A DNA stretch of 64,000 bases from an uncultured Roseovarius sp. GTDB lineage: Bacteria; Pseudomonadota; Alphaproteobacteria; Rhodobacterales; Rhodobacteraceae. The position numbers and the translations under genes are program-made. Within the stretch, counting starts at the first letter, position 1. The number at the start of each line of letters is the position of its first letter. The notes under the pieces were generated by a model that made no database searches, was not told the origin of the DNA, and was given only the letters and a program-made list of their open reading frames with translations. The stretch is from NCBI GenBank assembly GCA_947497295.1, contig CANMFU010000004.1, positions 25,916 through 89,915 of the forward strand, written 5' to 3'. Below, piece after piece: positions 52,474 through 62,289 of the stretch.

Positions 52474-52760
52474 ATGAATACACAGCTTGCCAATTGGGAC
52501 GATCGGCGGGTGTTTCTGACCGTGGCGCGCGCGGGCAGCCTTTGGGGGGCGGCGCGCAGCCTCGGTGTCAACCATTCCACGGTGTTCTGCCGGATTGCCG
52601 GGCTGCAGGACGTGCTGGGGGTGCGATTGTTCGACAGACTGGCGACCGGTTATGTGCTGACCGCAACGCGCGAGGAGACGCTGGGCATCGTCGAGCGCAT
52701 CGAGGCAGATGTCATCACGCTGGACCGTACCGTCACCGGACAGGATCTGCGCCATGCTGG
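52474..52760 (+). pseudogene. LysR regulator N-terminal fragment
   Basis: WDDRRVFLTVARAGSL..AARSLGVNHSTV..RI...LGVRLFDR. Similarity ends at GQDLR and the effector domain is absent. Confidence 0.8.
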
Positions 52761-53520
52761 AGTTCCTGACACCCGCGCCGGCCGAAAGCCTGAAGGTCGG
52801 CACCGTGCATCCCGATTTGTGATCGGATCAGCCATTAGATCCAAGGTGATTGCAATGCACGCCATACGCGAGTGTCGTGAGACTTGGGAAAGGCAAGGAT
52901 TACGCGACGATCAAAGGTCGCGCAAAATTGAACGGCTTTCAGATGATACTCCGGGATCGGGCCGGGCAGCCCCCATTTTATCACGCGTCCAGACCTTGTC
53001 GCAGATCGTTCAACCATTAGAACTCCGCACCATTTTCGCCTTGTCTATGATCGACCGAACACCAAATTTTTCAGGACAACAGTCTGCGTGAAAGTTAACG
53101 AGGCGCAAGGGCACCGACCCAAGTTCGATTGCATCAGGCGTGCATTACATGGACCATCACCGCCGCTGAAGCGGTCGCAGAAACAACGCGCGTGACGCAT
53201 CAAATACTTGGACCCTCCGCTATGAAAAAATCGGAGCACCTACCAGCGCGTCAGAGCCGCATCGGCACAACCCATCACCGGGCGTTGTTACGCAGTACCA
53301 TTGCCGGTAGCAGGTCCATTGAAAACGTGCGGGCAACGCTTCATGACGCGCGGTCTTGACCGTCAGACCACTTTGGTTTCAATCCGCAAGGCTGGCGTGA
53401 TCGGTGACACGGCGTTTGAGATGCCTTGCAAAAAATGCAAGAATAACGGCAAGCGGCTTTTTGTTCTGGAAACGCTCGGGTCGATACCGACGCGCGGCAG
53501 GCGATCAACCTCGCTTGATG

Positions 53521-54258
53521 TCACCGCAACATGGTTCCCCCGCCATCCGCCATCAGCGTTTGACCGGTCATATATTGGCTGCTGTCGCCCAAAAGGAACA
53601 CGACGACTGGTGCGATATCCTTCTGAGGATCTCCGAACCGACCAAGCGGGACTTTCGCCGCGACTTCATCATATTGATCGCCGTGGCTCTGTTTCCATTT
53701 TTCAACGCCCTCGGTCAGGGCCAAGGGACACACAATATTGACCCGGATACCGTCTTTGGCCCATTCATTGGCCGCAACGCGGGTCAATCCGCGTATCGCC
53801 TCTTTGGCGGCGGCATAGCTTGCCTGATTTTTCTGTCCGTTCAATGCGGCCCCGGACCCAAAATTGACGATGGATCCTTTGGTCTTGGCAAGTTCCGGAT
53901 GCGCGGCCTTCATGAAGTTCAACGTCCCCGAAAAACCTGTGTCAAATGACAGCGCCCAATCTTCGGGAGTGTGATCCAGCAAAGGTTTTTGGCGCGACGC
54001 GTGGGCATTGTTCACCAATCCGGTAAGTTTGCCGAATTTCGATACCGCCATTTCAACGGCGTCCTTGGCCACCTGTTCCTTGGAAATATCCCCTTTCATA
54101 AACGCGACGTGATCAGGGTTGGCCTTGGCGATGTCCTGACCGGCCTCCTCATTCAGATCGACAGCGACGACATGCGCGCCAAGCTCCACCAGCTCGGCGG
54201 TGATTGCGCCGCCAATCCCCGCCGCACCGCCGGTTACGATAACAACCTGATTTTCCAT
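53521..54258 (-). CDS. Classical short-chain dehydrogenase/reductase
   Basis: TGGAAGIG, VDLN (NAD-type Asp), VNNAH, YAAAK, IRVN and TGQTLMADGG; RBS AAGGA. Confidence 0.93.
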   Translation of the reverse strand: MENQVVIVTGGAAGIGGAITAELVELGAHVVAVDLNEEAGQDIAKANPDHVAFMKGDISKEQVAKDAVEMAVSKFGKLTGLVNNAHASRQKPLLDHTPEDWALSFDTGFSGTLNFMKAAHPELAKTKGSIVNFGSGAALNGQKNQASYAAAKEAIRGLTRVAANEWAKDGIRVNIVCPLALTEGVEKWKQSHGDQYDEVAAKVPLGRFGDPQKDIAPVVVFLLGDSSQYMTGQTLMADGGGTMLR

Positions 54259-54431
54259 TCTGCTATTCCTTTTCTGCTGCGTTGGTCGACGTCCAATTAA
54301 AAGTCGCTCGTTGCAATCAACGGATCTTGTGTAGCGCTCAAATTCCGCCACTCAGGTCATCCAAACAGGCTTTCGTTTGCCGCCTCAGTGAACTTAAACA
54401 TCCCGTTGGTGTAATTAAACACCATGCCTGC

Positions 54432-55100
54432 GACCAGGCCCGGTGCTCATAGCAAAAGCGCCACGGTTGCATCTAGAGCGATTGCAAAGAGGACTACTTT
54501 TGGGCATCGATCGTAACGGCTGGCCACGCGCCGCCGGTTTTTCGAGATCCCAAAAAATGATCTGGATCCGATTGCATTTCCTGAAACGGCGCTTGTCAAA
54601 TTCAATGGGTTTGTCGCGTGACTTTCGTCCAAGAAGGCGAGGCTTTGTTCCAATAACAACAAGAGCGTTTCTGAAGCCGCCGGCATCATACCTTCCATCT
54701 CCCGGCAGTGAGTAAGCCGCTGAGAGGCTATTCACTCAAGCCCCTGCACCGGCTTGGTCGCTGGCCCGACCGGCAATAAAAAAAACCGGATCGTACGACC
54801 GATTGCATCGGTGACAGCATGCAACCTGATCTCACTCGTCGATTGTTCCAATCGCCTGCCGGGCAACGTTTCATGCTGCCTTTCGCCGATCCTATCAGAC
54901 GTCCACGCCTTCTCTTTTCATCCGCAAGCTTGGGGCCGCATGGGGGATCTTGAGATAGATAGCGCCAATCTAAATCGACTTGTTTTCGGCTACCCGGGCA
55001 GACCGAACGCCACTTTGATAATCAGACAGGCTTTTGCTGTGAGCCTGCGGACCTCCGGGGTCGTCCGCCAAAGCCGCCTCCGAGGCCATAGAGCGCGCAC
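54432..55100 (-). mobile_element. IS5-family two-ORF transposase remnant
   Basis: Frameshifted pieces: IYLKIPHAAPSLR, GRLIGSAKGSM, LHAVTDAIGR.IRFF, DGRYDA, FDKRRFRKCNRI and RRVASRYDRCPKV. Confidence 0.82.
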
Positions 55101-55307
55101 CATATTGATGGCGCACCCTTCGGCTCAAGGTTTAGCCGCGGTCTGATGGACTCCGATTTCGTAAGTCGACAGGGTTCAAAGCTTACGACGACCGGCGGAC
55201 AAACCGAATTTAACCCATAAACCTCTCAGGCTGTTCCGTGCCGCACAGCCCCATTGCGCGCCAAATCCGCCTATCCCGGTGGTTTTGGCGTCCAGAAGCA
55301 ATTCCGA

Positions 55308-55859
55308 TCAGAACGGATCGGGTTCTCCATCCGGAAGGGGCACGCTGAATGCGTTTATCGTCATTGAAATCAACGTATAATAGCCAAGTATTCCAACCAG
55401 CTCGACCGCGCCCTCGACTCCGTAATGCGCGACCACTGCGGCATAGGTCGCATCTGAAACCTGATGGGTTCGATGCAGTTCGTCGGCAAAAGAATAAACA
55501 GCCGCTTCATCATCGGCGGTAAAAGTAGGTGTTTTTCCGCAACGGATATCTTCGACGATATTTGCCGCCAGCCCGTGCTGCAGGGCGATAGGCGCATGAA
55601 CGGCCCATTCGAACCCTGAGGCCCAAAACGCGCCTGTCACCAGAATTGCCAGCTCTGACACGCGTGGCGGCAGGCGCGTATCATACCGGCAAAACGCGCC
55701 CAACGCCTGCGCGCGGTCCGCCAGCTTTGGCGATTGCAGCCAGACCCGCAGCGGACCCTGCACCAGGCCGCGCTTGCCGCCGGCGATGGCGTCAAAGACA
55801 GTCTGCTGCTCGGATGTGAGCGCGTTTTCGTCCAAGATAGGGTGGCGGTTGTCGGACAT
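55308..55859 (-). CDS. Carboxymuconolactone decarboxylase/AhpD-like family protein
   Basis: GPLRVWLQSP, ELAILVTG, FEWAVHAP and GYYTLISMTIN; no CxxC. Confidence 0.85.
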   Translation of the reverse strand: MSDNRHPILDENALTSEQQTVFDAIAGGKRGLVQGPLRVWLQSPKLADRAQALGAFCRYDTRLPPRVSELAILVTGAFWASGFEWAVHAPIALQHGLAANIVEDIRCGKTPTFTADDEAAVYSFADELHRTHQVSDATYAAVVAHYGVEGAVELVGILGYYTLISMTINAFSVPLPDGEPDPF

Positions 55860-56033
55860 GAGGTAGCCTTTCTGGTTTGGTACGGGGCGCACCGCAAAAT
55901 GCCTGCTGAAAGCGGCCGATAAGCGATACGCAACGCATGCCGGAGCGTTGAGCAGCGCAATGATACGGCCGTCAGACTGACGGTCGTATCGCAGGTTGAA
56001 GGGCACGGGACGCCGCGTCGGATACGATCGGCA

Positions 56034-57371
56034 TCATACGGCGATTGCCCGATCTATCGCGCCCGAAAGCTTGTCGACCAGTTCGCCGATCTGGTCGTCG
56101 GTGATGATGAAAGGCGGGGCCAGCAGAACGTGATCGCCCCGTTGCCCGTCGATGGTACCCGACATCGGATAGCAGATCAGACCGGCGGCAAAGGCTTCCT
56201 TTTTGATCCGCGCGGCTATGCCGCGACTTGGCTCGAACGCCGCCTTGGTCGCCCGGTCGGCGACAAGTTCGACCCCGCGAAACAGACCGCGCCCACGAAT
56301 GTCACCGACATGGGCGTGCTGTCCCAGCGCAGAGCGCAGCGCGGACTCCAGCTGCAGACCCTGCGTTTGCACGCGGCCTAACAGATCGCGGTCCAGTATT
56401 TCGTCCAGAACGGCATTGGCGGCGGTCGCGGCAAGCGCATGACCCATGTAGGTATGTCCGTGTTGGAAAAAGCCTGTCCCGGACGCGATCGCGTCATAGA
56501 TCGCCGCGGTTGTCATAAGCGCACCTATCGGCTGATACCCAGCGCCAAGACCCTTTGCGATTGTAATCATGTCCGGCGCGACGCCGTCCTCAGCGCAGGC
56601 GAACAGATGGCCCGTGCGCCCCATGCCGCACATCACCTCGTCAAAGATCAGCAGCACGCCGTAGCGGTCACATATCTCGCGGATGCGCCGCAGGTACCCG
56701 GGCACCGCGGGCACAGCCCCGCTGGTGGCCCCCACCACAGGCTCGGCTATGAAAGCCATGACTGTTTCGGCGCCCACCCGCTGGATCTCGGACTCCAGTT
56801 CGTTCGCCACACGCAGACCGTAGGCTTCGGGCGTCTCATCCTCGCGGCGGTCGCGATATTCATAGCACGGGCTGATATGGGTGGTATCCGCCAGAAGCGG
56901 GGCAAATTGCGCGCGGCGCCATGCGTTGCCACCGGCAGCAAGCGCGCCCAGCGTATTGCCATGATAGCTTTGCCGACGCGCGATAACGCGATGCCGCTCC
57001 GGCTGGCCGATTTCCAGAAAGTACTGTCGCGCCAGTTTTATGGCGGCCTCGACAGCCTCTGATCCGCCTGAAACCAGATACACCCGATCGATTTCGCCCG
57101 GCGCATAGGACACCAGACGATCGGCCAGCCGTTCGGCGGGTTCTGAGGTGAAAAAGCCCGTATGCGCAAAGGCAAGTTGATCAATCTGCGCATGAAGAGC
57201 TGTTCGCACGGCTGCGTTGGAATGTCCCAGGCACGATACGGCCGCGCCCCCCGACCCGTCCAGATACCGCTTGCCATCGGCATCGATCAGATAGCACCCG
57301 TCGCCGGTCACTGCTGTGGGTAGGGCGCCCTTTGTTGATCGCCCAAAGATATGTCCCGCCATGCGATTCAA
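56034..57371 (-). CDS. Class III PLP-dependent aminotransferase
   Basis: YLDGSGGAAV..LGH, YHGNT, FIAEPVVGA, DEVMCG and IAKGLGAGY (PLP Lys). The start is either 57371 (overlapping the USP stop) or 57362. Confidence 0.93.
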   Translation of the reverse strand: MNRMAGHIFGRSTKGALPTAVTGDGCYLIDADGKRYLDGSGGAAVSCLGHSNAAVRTALHAQIDQLAFAHTGFFTSEPAERLADRLVSYAPGEIDRVYLVSGGSEAVEAAIKLARQYFLEIGQPERHRVIARRQSYHGNTLGALAAGGNAWRRAQFAPLLADTTHISPCYEYRDRREDETPEAYGLRVANELESEIQRVGAETVMAFIAEPVVGATSGAVPAVPGYLRRIREICDRYGVLLIFDEVMCGMGRTGHLFACAEDGVAPDMITIAKGLGAGYQPIGALMTTAAIYDAIASGTGFFQHGHTYMGHALAATAANAVLDEILDRDLLGRVQTQGLQLESALRSALGQHAHVGDIRGRGLFRGVELVADRATKAAFEPSRGIAARIKKEAFAAGLICYPMSGTIDGQRGDHVLLAPPFIITDDQIGELVDKLSGAIDRAIAV

Positions 57372-57799
57372 TACCTGACGACAAGCACAGAGACAGGCGA
57401 ACGGCGCACGATACGGTCGGCGTTCGACCCCACCAGAAATTCGCGCACGCGGTCGGGCTTGTGCGACGCCATGACCACCAGATCGCAGGCGATCTCTTCG
57501 ATCACGTGCAAGACCCTGCGGTGGATCTTGCCGAATGCCAGATGCTGCTTGACTCGTACATCGCTTGGGACGTTCTCCTCGACAAGCTTGTCGAGCGCCT
57601 TGCTGGCGGCCTCGACGGCCAATTTCTCGTAATCGGGCGGAAAGAACCCATCGACCAATGGCATACCCATATCAGGTACGACCGACATGATATGCAGCTT
57701 GCCGCCAGAGGTGCGAACCAGCTCGATCGCTGCCGGCAGCGCCTTTTCCCATGATGCTTTGGCGTTCAGGTCGATGGTCAGAAGAACCGTGTTGAACAT
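57368..57799 (-). CDS. Universal stress protein (TRAP-associated)
   Basis: DLVVMASHKP...FLVGSNADRIVRRSPVSVLVVR. Confidence 0.93.
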   Translation of the reverse strand: MFNTVLLTIDLNAKASWEKALPAAIELVRTSGGKLHIMSVVPDMGMPLVDGFFPPDYEKLAVEAASKALDKLVEENVPSDVRVKQHLAFGKIHRRVLHVIEEIACDLVVMASHKPDRVREFLVGSNADRIVRRSPVSVLVVRY

Positions 57800-57810
57800 C
57801 GTCTCTCTCC

Positions 57811-60582
57811 TCAGGCGTGTGCGGTTTTGCGTGGCGCGCGCGTGTTGCGGCCCCGCTGCAGGAAGACGATCAGCGCCAGCAAAAGCAGCGCCGGAATGAA
57901 CATCCAGTATTTGCTGGGTTGCGGCATGGGTTTCAGAACGCGCAGCACCTCTTGGTCCCAGTCCAGCCCGGCCTCTGCCGCCGCGCTGCCAAAGGCGACG
58001 TCGTCGATGAACATCTTGTCGCCCTCGTCCCGGAAGGTCAGGCCGGCATTCTCCAGTTTTTCTTCGCCTGTCGCACCTTCGGTGATCGGGACCAGCGCGA
58101 CGAACTCGATCGGGTCGCCCAGATCGTTCACGCCTGCCACGCGCAGCCGCAGCCTTTGGCCGGTGTCGGTGTCGGCGGCGGCCTGTGTGATCGCAGACGG
58201 GTCCTCCTCGAGATACGGCGCGCTGACCATGTCCATCCAGAAACCGGGGCGGAACAGGGTGAACGCGATCAGCAGCAGGACGATGGTTTCATAGAACCGG
58301 TTCCTGGCAAGAAACCAGCCTTGCGTGGCCGCCGCGAACAGCAGCATCGCCACCGTCGCGACAATGAAGACAAAGATCCCCTGCACCATCGTCACGTTGA
58401 TCAGCAGCAGTTCGGTATTGAAGATGAACAGGAACGGCAGCGCCGCCGTCCGTAAGCTGTAGAAGAACGCGATCACGCCTGTCTTGATCGGATCCCCGCC
58501 CGAAACGGCGGCAGCGGCGAAGGAGGCAAGCCCGACGGGCGGCGTCACATCGGCCATGATGCCGAAGTAGAACACGAACAAGTGCACCGCGATCAGCGGC
58601 ACGATCAGCCCGTTTTGCTGCCCCAGCGTCACGATCACCGGCGCCAGCAGCGCGGAGACGACGATGTAGTTTGCCGTCGTCGGCAGGCCCATGCCAAGGA
58701 TCAGCGACAGGATTGCCGTGAGGAACAGGATCGCAAGGATATTGCCGCCCGACAGGACTTCGACCACATCGGCAAGGGCCGATCCCACGCCGGTCTGGCT
58801 GACCACGCCGACGATGATACCGGCCGTGGCGGTGGCAATGCCGATGCCGATCATGTTCCGGGCACCGACGACCAGACCTTCCAACAGATCTATCGCGCCT
58901 TCCTTTACGCGGGCGCCCATTTCGCCTTCGCCGCGCAGCATCGCCATCAGCGGGCGCTGCGTGATCAGGATAAAGATCATGTACATCGTCGCCCAGAATG
59001 CCGACAGGCCCGGCGACAGGCGATCCACCATCAACGCCCAGACCAGCACGACGACCGGCAGGATAAAGTGCAGACCCGACCGCACGGTTGGTCCGGGCAG
59101 CGGCAGTTTCGTCACCTCTGCGTCCGGATCGTCCATCTTCAGCGGTGCTTCTTTCGAGGCAACGTAGAGCAGCCCGACATAGGCAGCCGTCAGGACGACG
59201 AAGATGATGTAAGGTGCTGCGACGGGAAAGGCGGGGCGGATCCAGCCCATGCCGTAATAAACCAGGAACGACAGCCCGCAGATGAACGCGACGCCGAACA
59301 CGAAACCGATCAGGCGCTGGATGATCGGCTTGGGCTCATAGGGGCGCTCAAGACCCTCCATCCCGGCCTTCAACGCCTCCAGATGGACGATATAGACCAG
59401 CGCTATGTAAGAAATCAAGGCGGGCAGGAACGCGTGTTTGACCACGTCAAAATAGGGGATACCGACATATTCCACCATCAGAAAAGCGGCGGCGCCCATG
59501 ACCGGCGGCATGATCTGACCGTTGACGGATGAGGCCACCTCGACCGCGCCGGCCTTCTCAGAGCTGAAGCCGACCTTTTTCATCAAGGGGATGGTGAACG
59601 TGCCGGTGGTCACGACGTTCGCGATGCTTGAGCCCGAGATCAGGCCGGTCATGGCGGATGACACCACAGCAGCCTTGGCCGGGCCGCCTTTCATGTGACC
59701 CATCAGCGAAAACGCTACCTGAATGAAATAGTTACCGGCCCCCGCGCGATCCAGCAGCGAGCCGAACAGCACGAACAGGAACACGAAACTTGTCGACACG
59801 CCCAGGGCGATGCCAAAGACGCCTTCTGTCGTGATCCACTGATGGTTCACGATCTCCGACAGGTTGTTGCCCTTGTGCGCTATGATGCTGGGCATCTGAG
59901 GACCAAGCACGGTGTAGACCAGAAACACGGTCGCCACGATCATCAGGGCCGGTCCCAATGCGCGGCGGGTGGCCTCCAGCAGCAGTATGATACCGATGAC
60001 GGACACCACGAAATCCTGCATGATCGGCGCGCCGACGCGACCGGAAATATCGCGATAGTAGACGAAAAGGTAAAGCGCAGCGGCGGCACCAACGATGGCC
60101 AGCGCCCATTCCCAGAAAGGCACGCGGTCCTTTGGGCTGCCCAGAACGATCGCGGCGACGACGGCCAGACCGACGACAGGGATCCACCAGACGGCGGTGC
60201 CGTCCTTGGAGCTGACCACGAACAGATAGGACAGCAGAAGCGGGATCACGATGCCCAGACCCAACTGGAATTTTGACCGCGTCGCGGGAAAGGCGGCAAA
60301 GGCCAGGAAAATGGCGAAGGCAAGGTGGATCGACCGGCTTTCGGTATCGTTGAATACGCCCCATCCAACGATGAACGGGATCGGCGAAGCGATCCAGAGC
60401 TGGAAGAGGGACCACGCCAGCGCGACAAGCATCAGGAAGGTTCCAACCGGGCCTGCGATATTGCGGCCACCAGTGTCGGCTGAGGCGACAAGCGCGTCCA
60501 GTTCGGACTGGTCCAGACCGCCGCGACCAGCCGCCTCGTTTTCAACGCGCGCAGCCTGATGCTGGTTTGGGTCGTCGGTCAT
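57811..60582 (-). CDS. TAXI-type TRAP transporter fused 4TM/12TM permease with C-terminal DUF3394-like domain
   Basis: LLEATRRALG, GGPAKAAV, ANVVTTG, PPVMGAAAF, LGMGLPTTANY and DVTPPV. Confidence 0.95.
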   Translation of the reverse strand: MTDDPNQHQAARVENEAAGRGGLDQSELDALVASADTGGRNIAGPVGTFLMLVALAWSLFQLWIASPIPFIVGWGVFNDTESRSIHLAFAIFLAFAAFPATRSKFQLGLGIVIPLLLSYLFVVSSKDGTAVWWIPVVGLAVVAAIVLGSPKDRVPFWEWALAIVGAAAALYLFVYYRDISGRVGAPIMQDFVVSVIGIILLLEATRRALGPALMIVATVFLVYTVLGPQMPSIIAHKGNNLSEIVNHQWITTEGVFGIALGVSTSFVFLFVLFGSLLDRAGAGNYFIQVAFSLMGHMKGGPAKAAVVSSAMTGLISGSSIANVVTTGTFTIPLMKKVGFSSEKAGAVEVASSVNGQIMPPVMGAAAFLMVEYVGIPYFDVVKHAFLPALISYIALVYIVHLEALKAGMEGLERPYEPKPIIQRLIGFVFGVAFICGLSFLVYYGMGWIRPAFPVAAPYIIFVVLTAAYVGLLYVASKEAPLKMDDPDAEVTKLPLPGPTVRSGLHFILPVVVLVWALMVDRLSPGLSAFWATMYMIFILITQRPLMAMLRGEGEMGARVKEGAIDLLEGLVVGARNMIGIGIATATAGIIVGVVSQTGVGSALADVVEVLSGGNILAILFLTAILSLILGMGLPTTANYIVVSALLAPVIVTLGQQNGLIVPLIAVHLFVFYFGIMADVTPPVGLASFAAAAVSGGDPIKTGVIAFFYSLRTAALPFLFIFNTELLLINVTMVQGIFVFIVATVAMLLFAAATQGWFLARNRFYETIVLLLIAFTLFRPGFWMDMVSAPYLEEDPSAITQAAADTDTGQRLRLRVAGVNDLGDPIEFVALVPITEGATGEEKLENAGLTFRDEGDKMFIDDVAFGSAAAEAGLDWDQEVLRVLKPMPQPSKYWMFIPALLLLALIVFLQRGRNTRAPRKTAHA

Positions 60583-60667
60583 GTCTGTCCCCCGGTAACC
60601 CGCAAAAAGGCGGGCAAGATTTTTATGATTATTGTCAGGCCTGTCTTATCTGAACGATCTTTCAGAA

Positions 60668-60693
60668 GGTGGCAGCCAGTGAAGGCTGCCACC
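60668..60693. other. Intercistronic stem-loop between TAXI binding protein and permease
   Basis: GGTGGCAGCC-AGTGAA-GGCTGCCACC, a perfect 10-bp stem. Confidence 0.6.
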
Positions 60694-60712
60694 CGTGTCA
60701 ATCCGCCGGAAA

Positions 60713-61669
60713 TTACATCCAGCCCATTTCCTTGTAGTACCGCTCGGCACCCGGATGCAGAGGTGCCGACAGACCATCCTTGATCATCTCTTCTTCGGTC
60801 AGGTTGCCAAAGGCCGGATGAAGTTTCTTGAAGCGGTCAAAGTTGTCGAACACGGCCTTGACCACTTGATAGACTGTTTCTTCGGGCACATCGGCCGAGG
60901 TCACGAATGTCGCCTTCACACCGAATGTCTGGGTGTCGTCGGGTGATCCTTCATACATGCCGCCCGGAATGGTCGCGGTGGCATAATAGGGGTTGTCGGC
61001 GACCAACGCTTCGATCTCGGGCCCGGTGACGGGCACAAGGACTGTCTCGACTGTCGAGGCCGCTTCCTGAACCGATCCGTTCGGGTGACCGACCGTATAG
61101 ATGATCGCATCGACCTTGTTGTCGCCCAAGGCTGCGGCCTGCTCGGCCGGTTTCAGCTCGGACGCCAGCGCAAAGTCGTCCATCGTCCAGCCCAATGCCT
61201 CCATGACGACCTGCATGGTCGCATACTGGCCGGAACCGGGATTGCCGATGTTGACGCGCTTGCCCTTGAGATCGGCAAACTCCGTGATGCCGGCATCGGC
61301 GCGCGCAACCACGGTGAACGGTTCGGAATGAACAGAAAAGACAGCGCGCTCCTTGTCGAACTTGTTGCCTTCGAAGTCGGATGTGCCGTTATAGGCGTGG
61401 TACTGCCAGTCCGATTGCGCGACGCCCATCGTCATGTCACCCGCCATGATGGCGTTGATGTTTGCGATGGACCCACCGGTCGACGGGGCGGTGCATTTCA
61501 GGTTTGTCTCGGCTGTGGTGCGGTTCACCAGACGACAGATTGATTGCCCGACAACAAAGTAGACGCCGGTCTGCCCGCCCGTCCCGATCGTGATGAACTG
61601 TTCCTGAGCGTGCGCTCCGGTTCCTGCGATCATCGCGCCCACTAGGGCCATTTGCTTAAGTATCTTCAC
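60713..61669 (-). CDS. TAXI-family TRAP solute-binding protein
   Basis: Signal peptide, ITIGTGGQTGVY, STGGSIANI, GNPGSG and PLHPGAERYYKE. GTG start after GGGAGA. Confidence 0.95.
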   Translation of the reverse strand: MKILKQMALVGAMIAGTGAHAQEQFITIGTGGQTGVYFVVGQSICRLVNRTTAETNLKCTAPSTGGSIANINAIMAGDMTMGVAQSDWQYHAYNGTSDFEGNKFDKERAVFSVHSEPFTVVARADAGITEFADLKGKRVNIGNPGSGQYATMQVVMEALGWTMDDFALASELKPAEQAAALGDNKVDAIIYTVGHPNGSVQEAASTVETVLVPVTGPEIEALVADNPYYATATIPGGMYEGSPDDTQTFGVKATFVTSADVPEETVYQVVKAVFDNFDRFKKLHPAFGNLTEEEMIKDGLSAPLHPGAERYYKEMGWM

Positions 61670-61871
61670 GTATTTCTCCCGGTTAATAATGCAACTTTAC
61701 CGTGCTTTGCGGTAGGTTGCGTTTTTAGCAATGGCGTTCATCAGTCTCTTCTGAACGCCCTCGCGAGCGAGACCCAAGTATTCTTTTTCGGTACTCGATG
61801 ACACGGACACACTGCGTTTTAATGTGGAAATGCCTACCGATGGTCCAACTTGCTTCTCGATTGTCCAGATT

Positions 61872-61900
61872 AGTATGATGTAGCGGATTTAACGTGTCAA
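61872..61900 (-). promoter_or_regulatory. Sigma70-type promoter for the TAXI operon
   Basis: The minus strand reads TTGACA-17 nt-CATACT. Confidence 0.6.
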
Positions 61901-62289
61901 CGTAGCATGCTGGCATCGCCACATCGCGCAGTTGGTGGTCGTCGCCCGCACAGACATGTCTTATATTCATACATAAAAATACATTATATATCAATTATTT
62001 AACCAAGTTACGCATTGCGATTGGGGCGGGTTGTGTGACCCAGATCTCACTAGGGAGCATGTTCTTTTCCGGCTCACATGTTCGTGGAAATCAACATTCC
62101 GCGAAATGCGTCAAGTTGCGAGCGGGCACTTTCTGGAGATGATCGCGTAAGCTGCGGATATATATACGGTCTGCCCAATCAGACCGCGCCAGACCAACAA
62201 ATCGCTCGCGCTTTGGGGCCTCGCATGGATGTGGGGATGCGCTGGCGGGCCGTGGGGGGCGCCTATCCACCTCGCGACCTCAGCTAGGA

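Noticed and set aside
52760-53520. Non-coding or degenerate stretch between the LysR fragment and the SDR
   Set aside because: It is probably pseudogene debris, but I could not assign any frame to a family.
61690-61730. CGCAAAGC word reminiscent of the c-di-GMP-I riboswitch
   Set aside because: There is no GGCAAAC/GNRA-tetraloop P2 arm and no matching P1. It is kept only as an unassigned structured leader.
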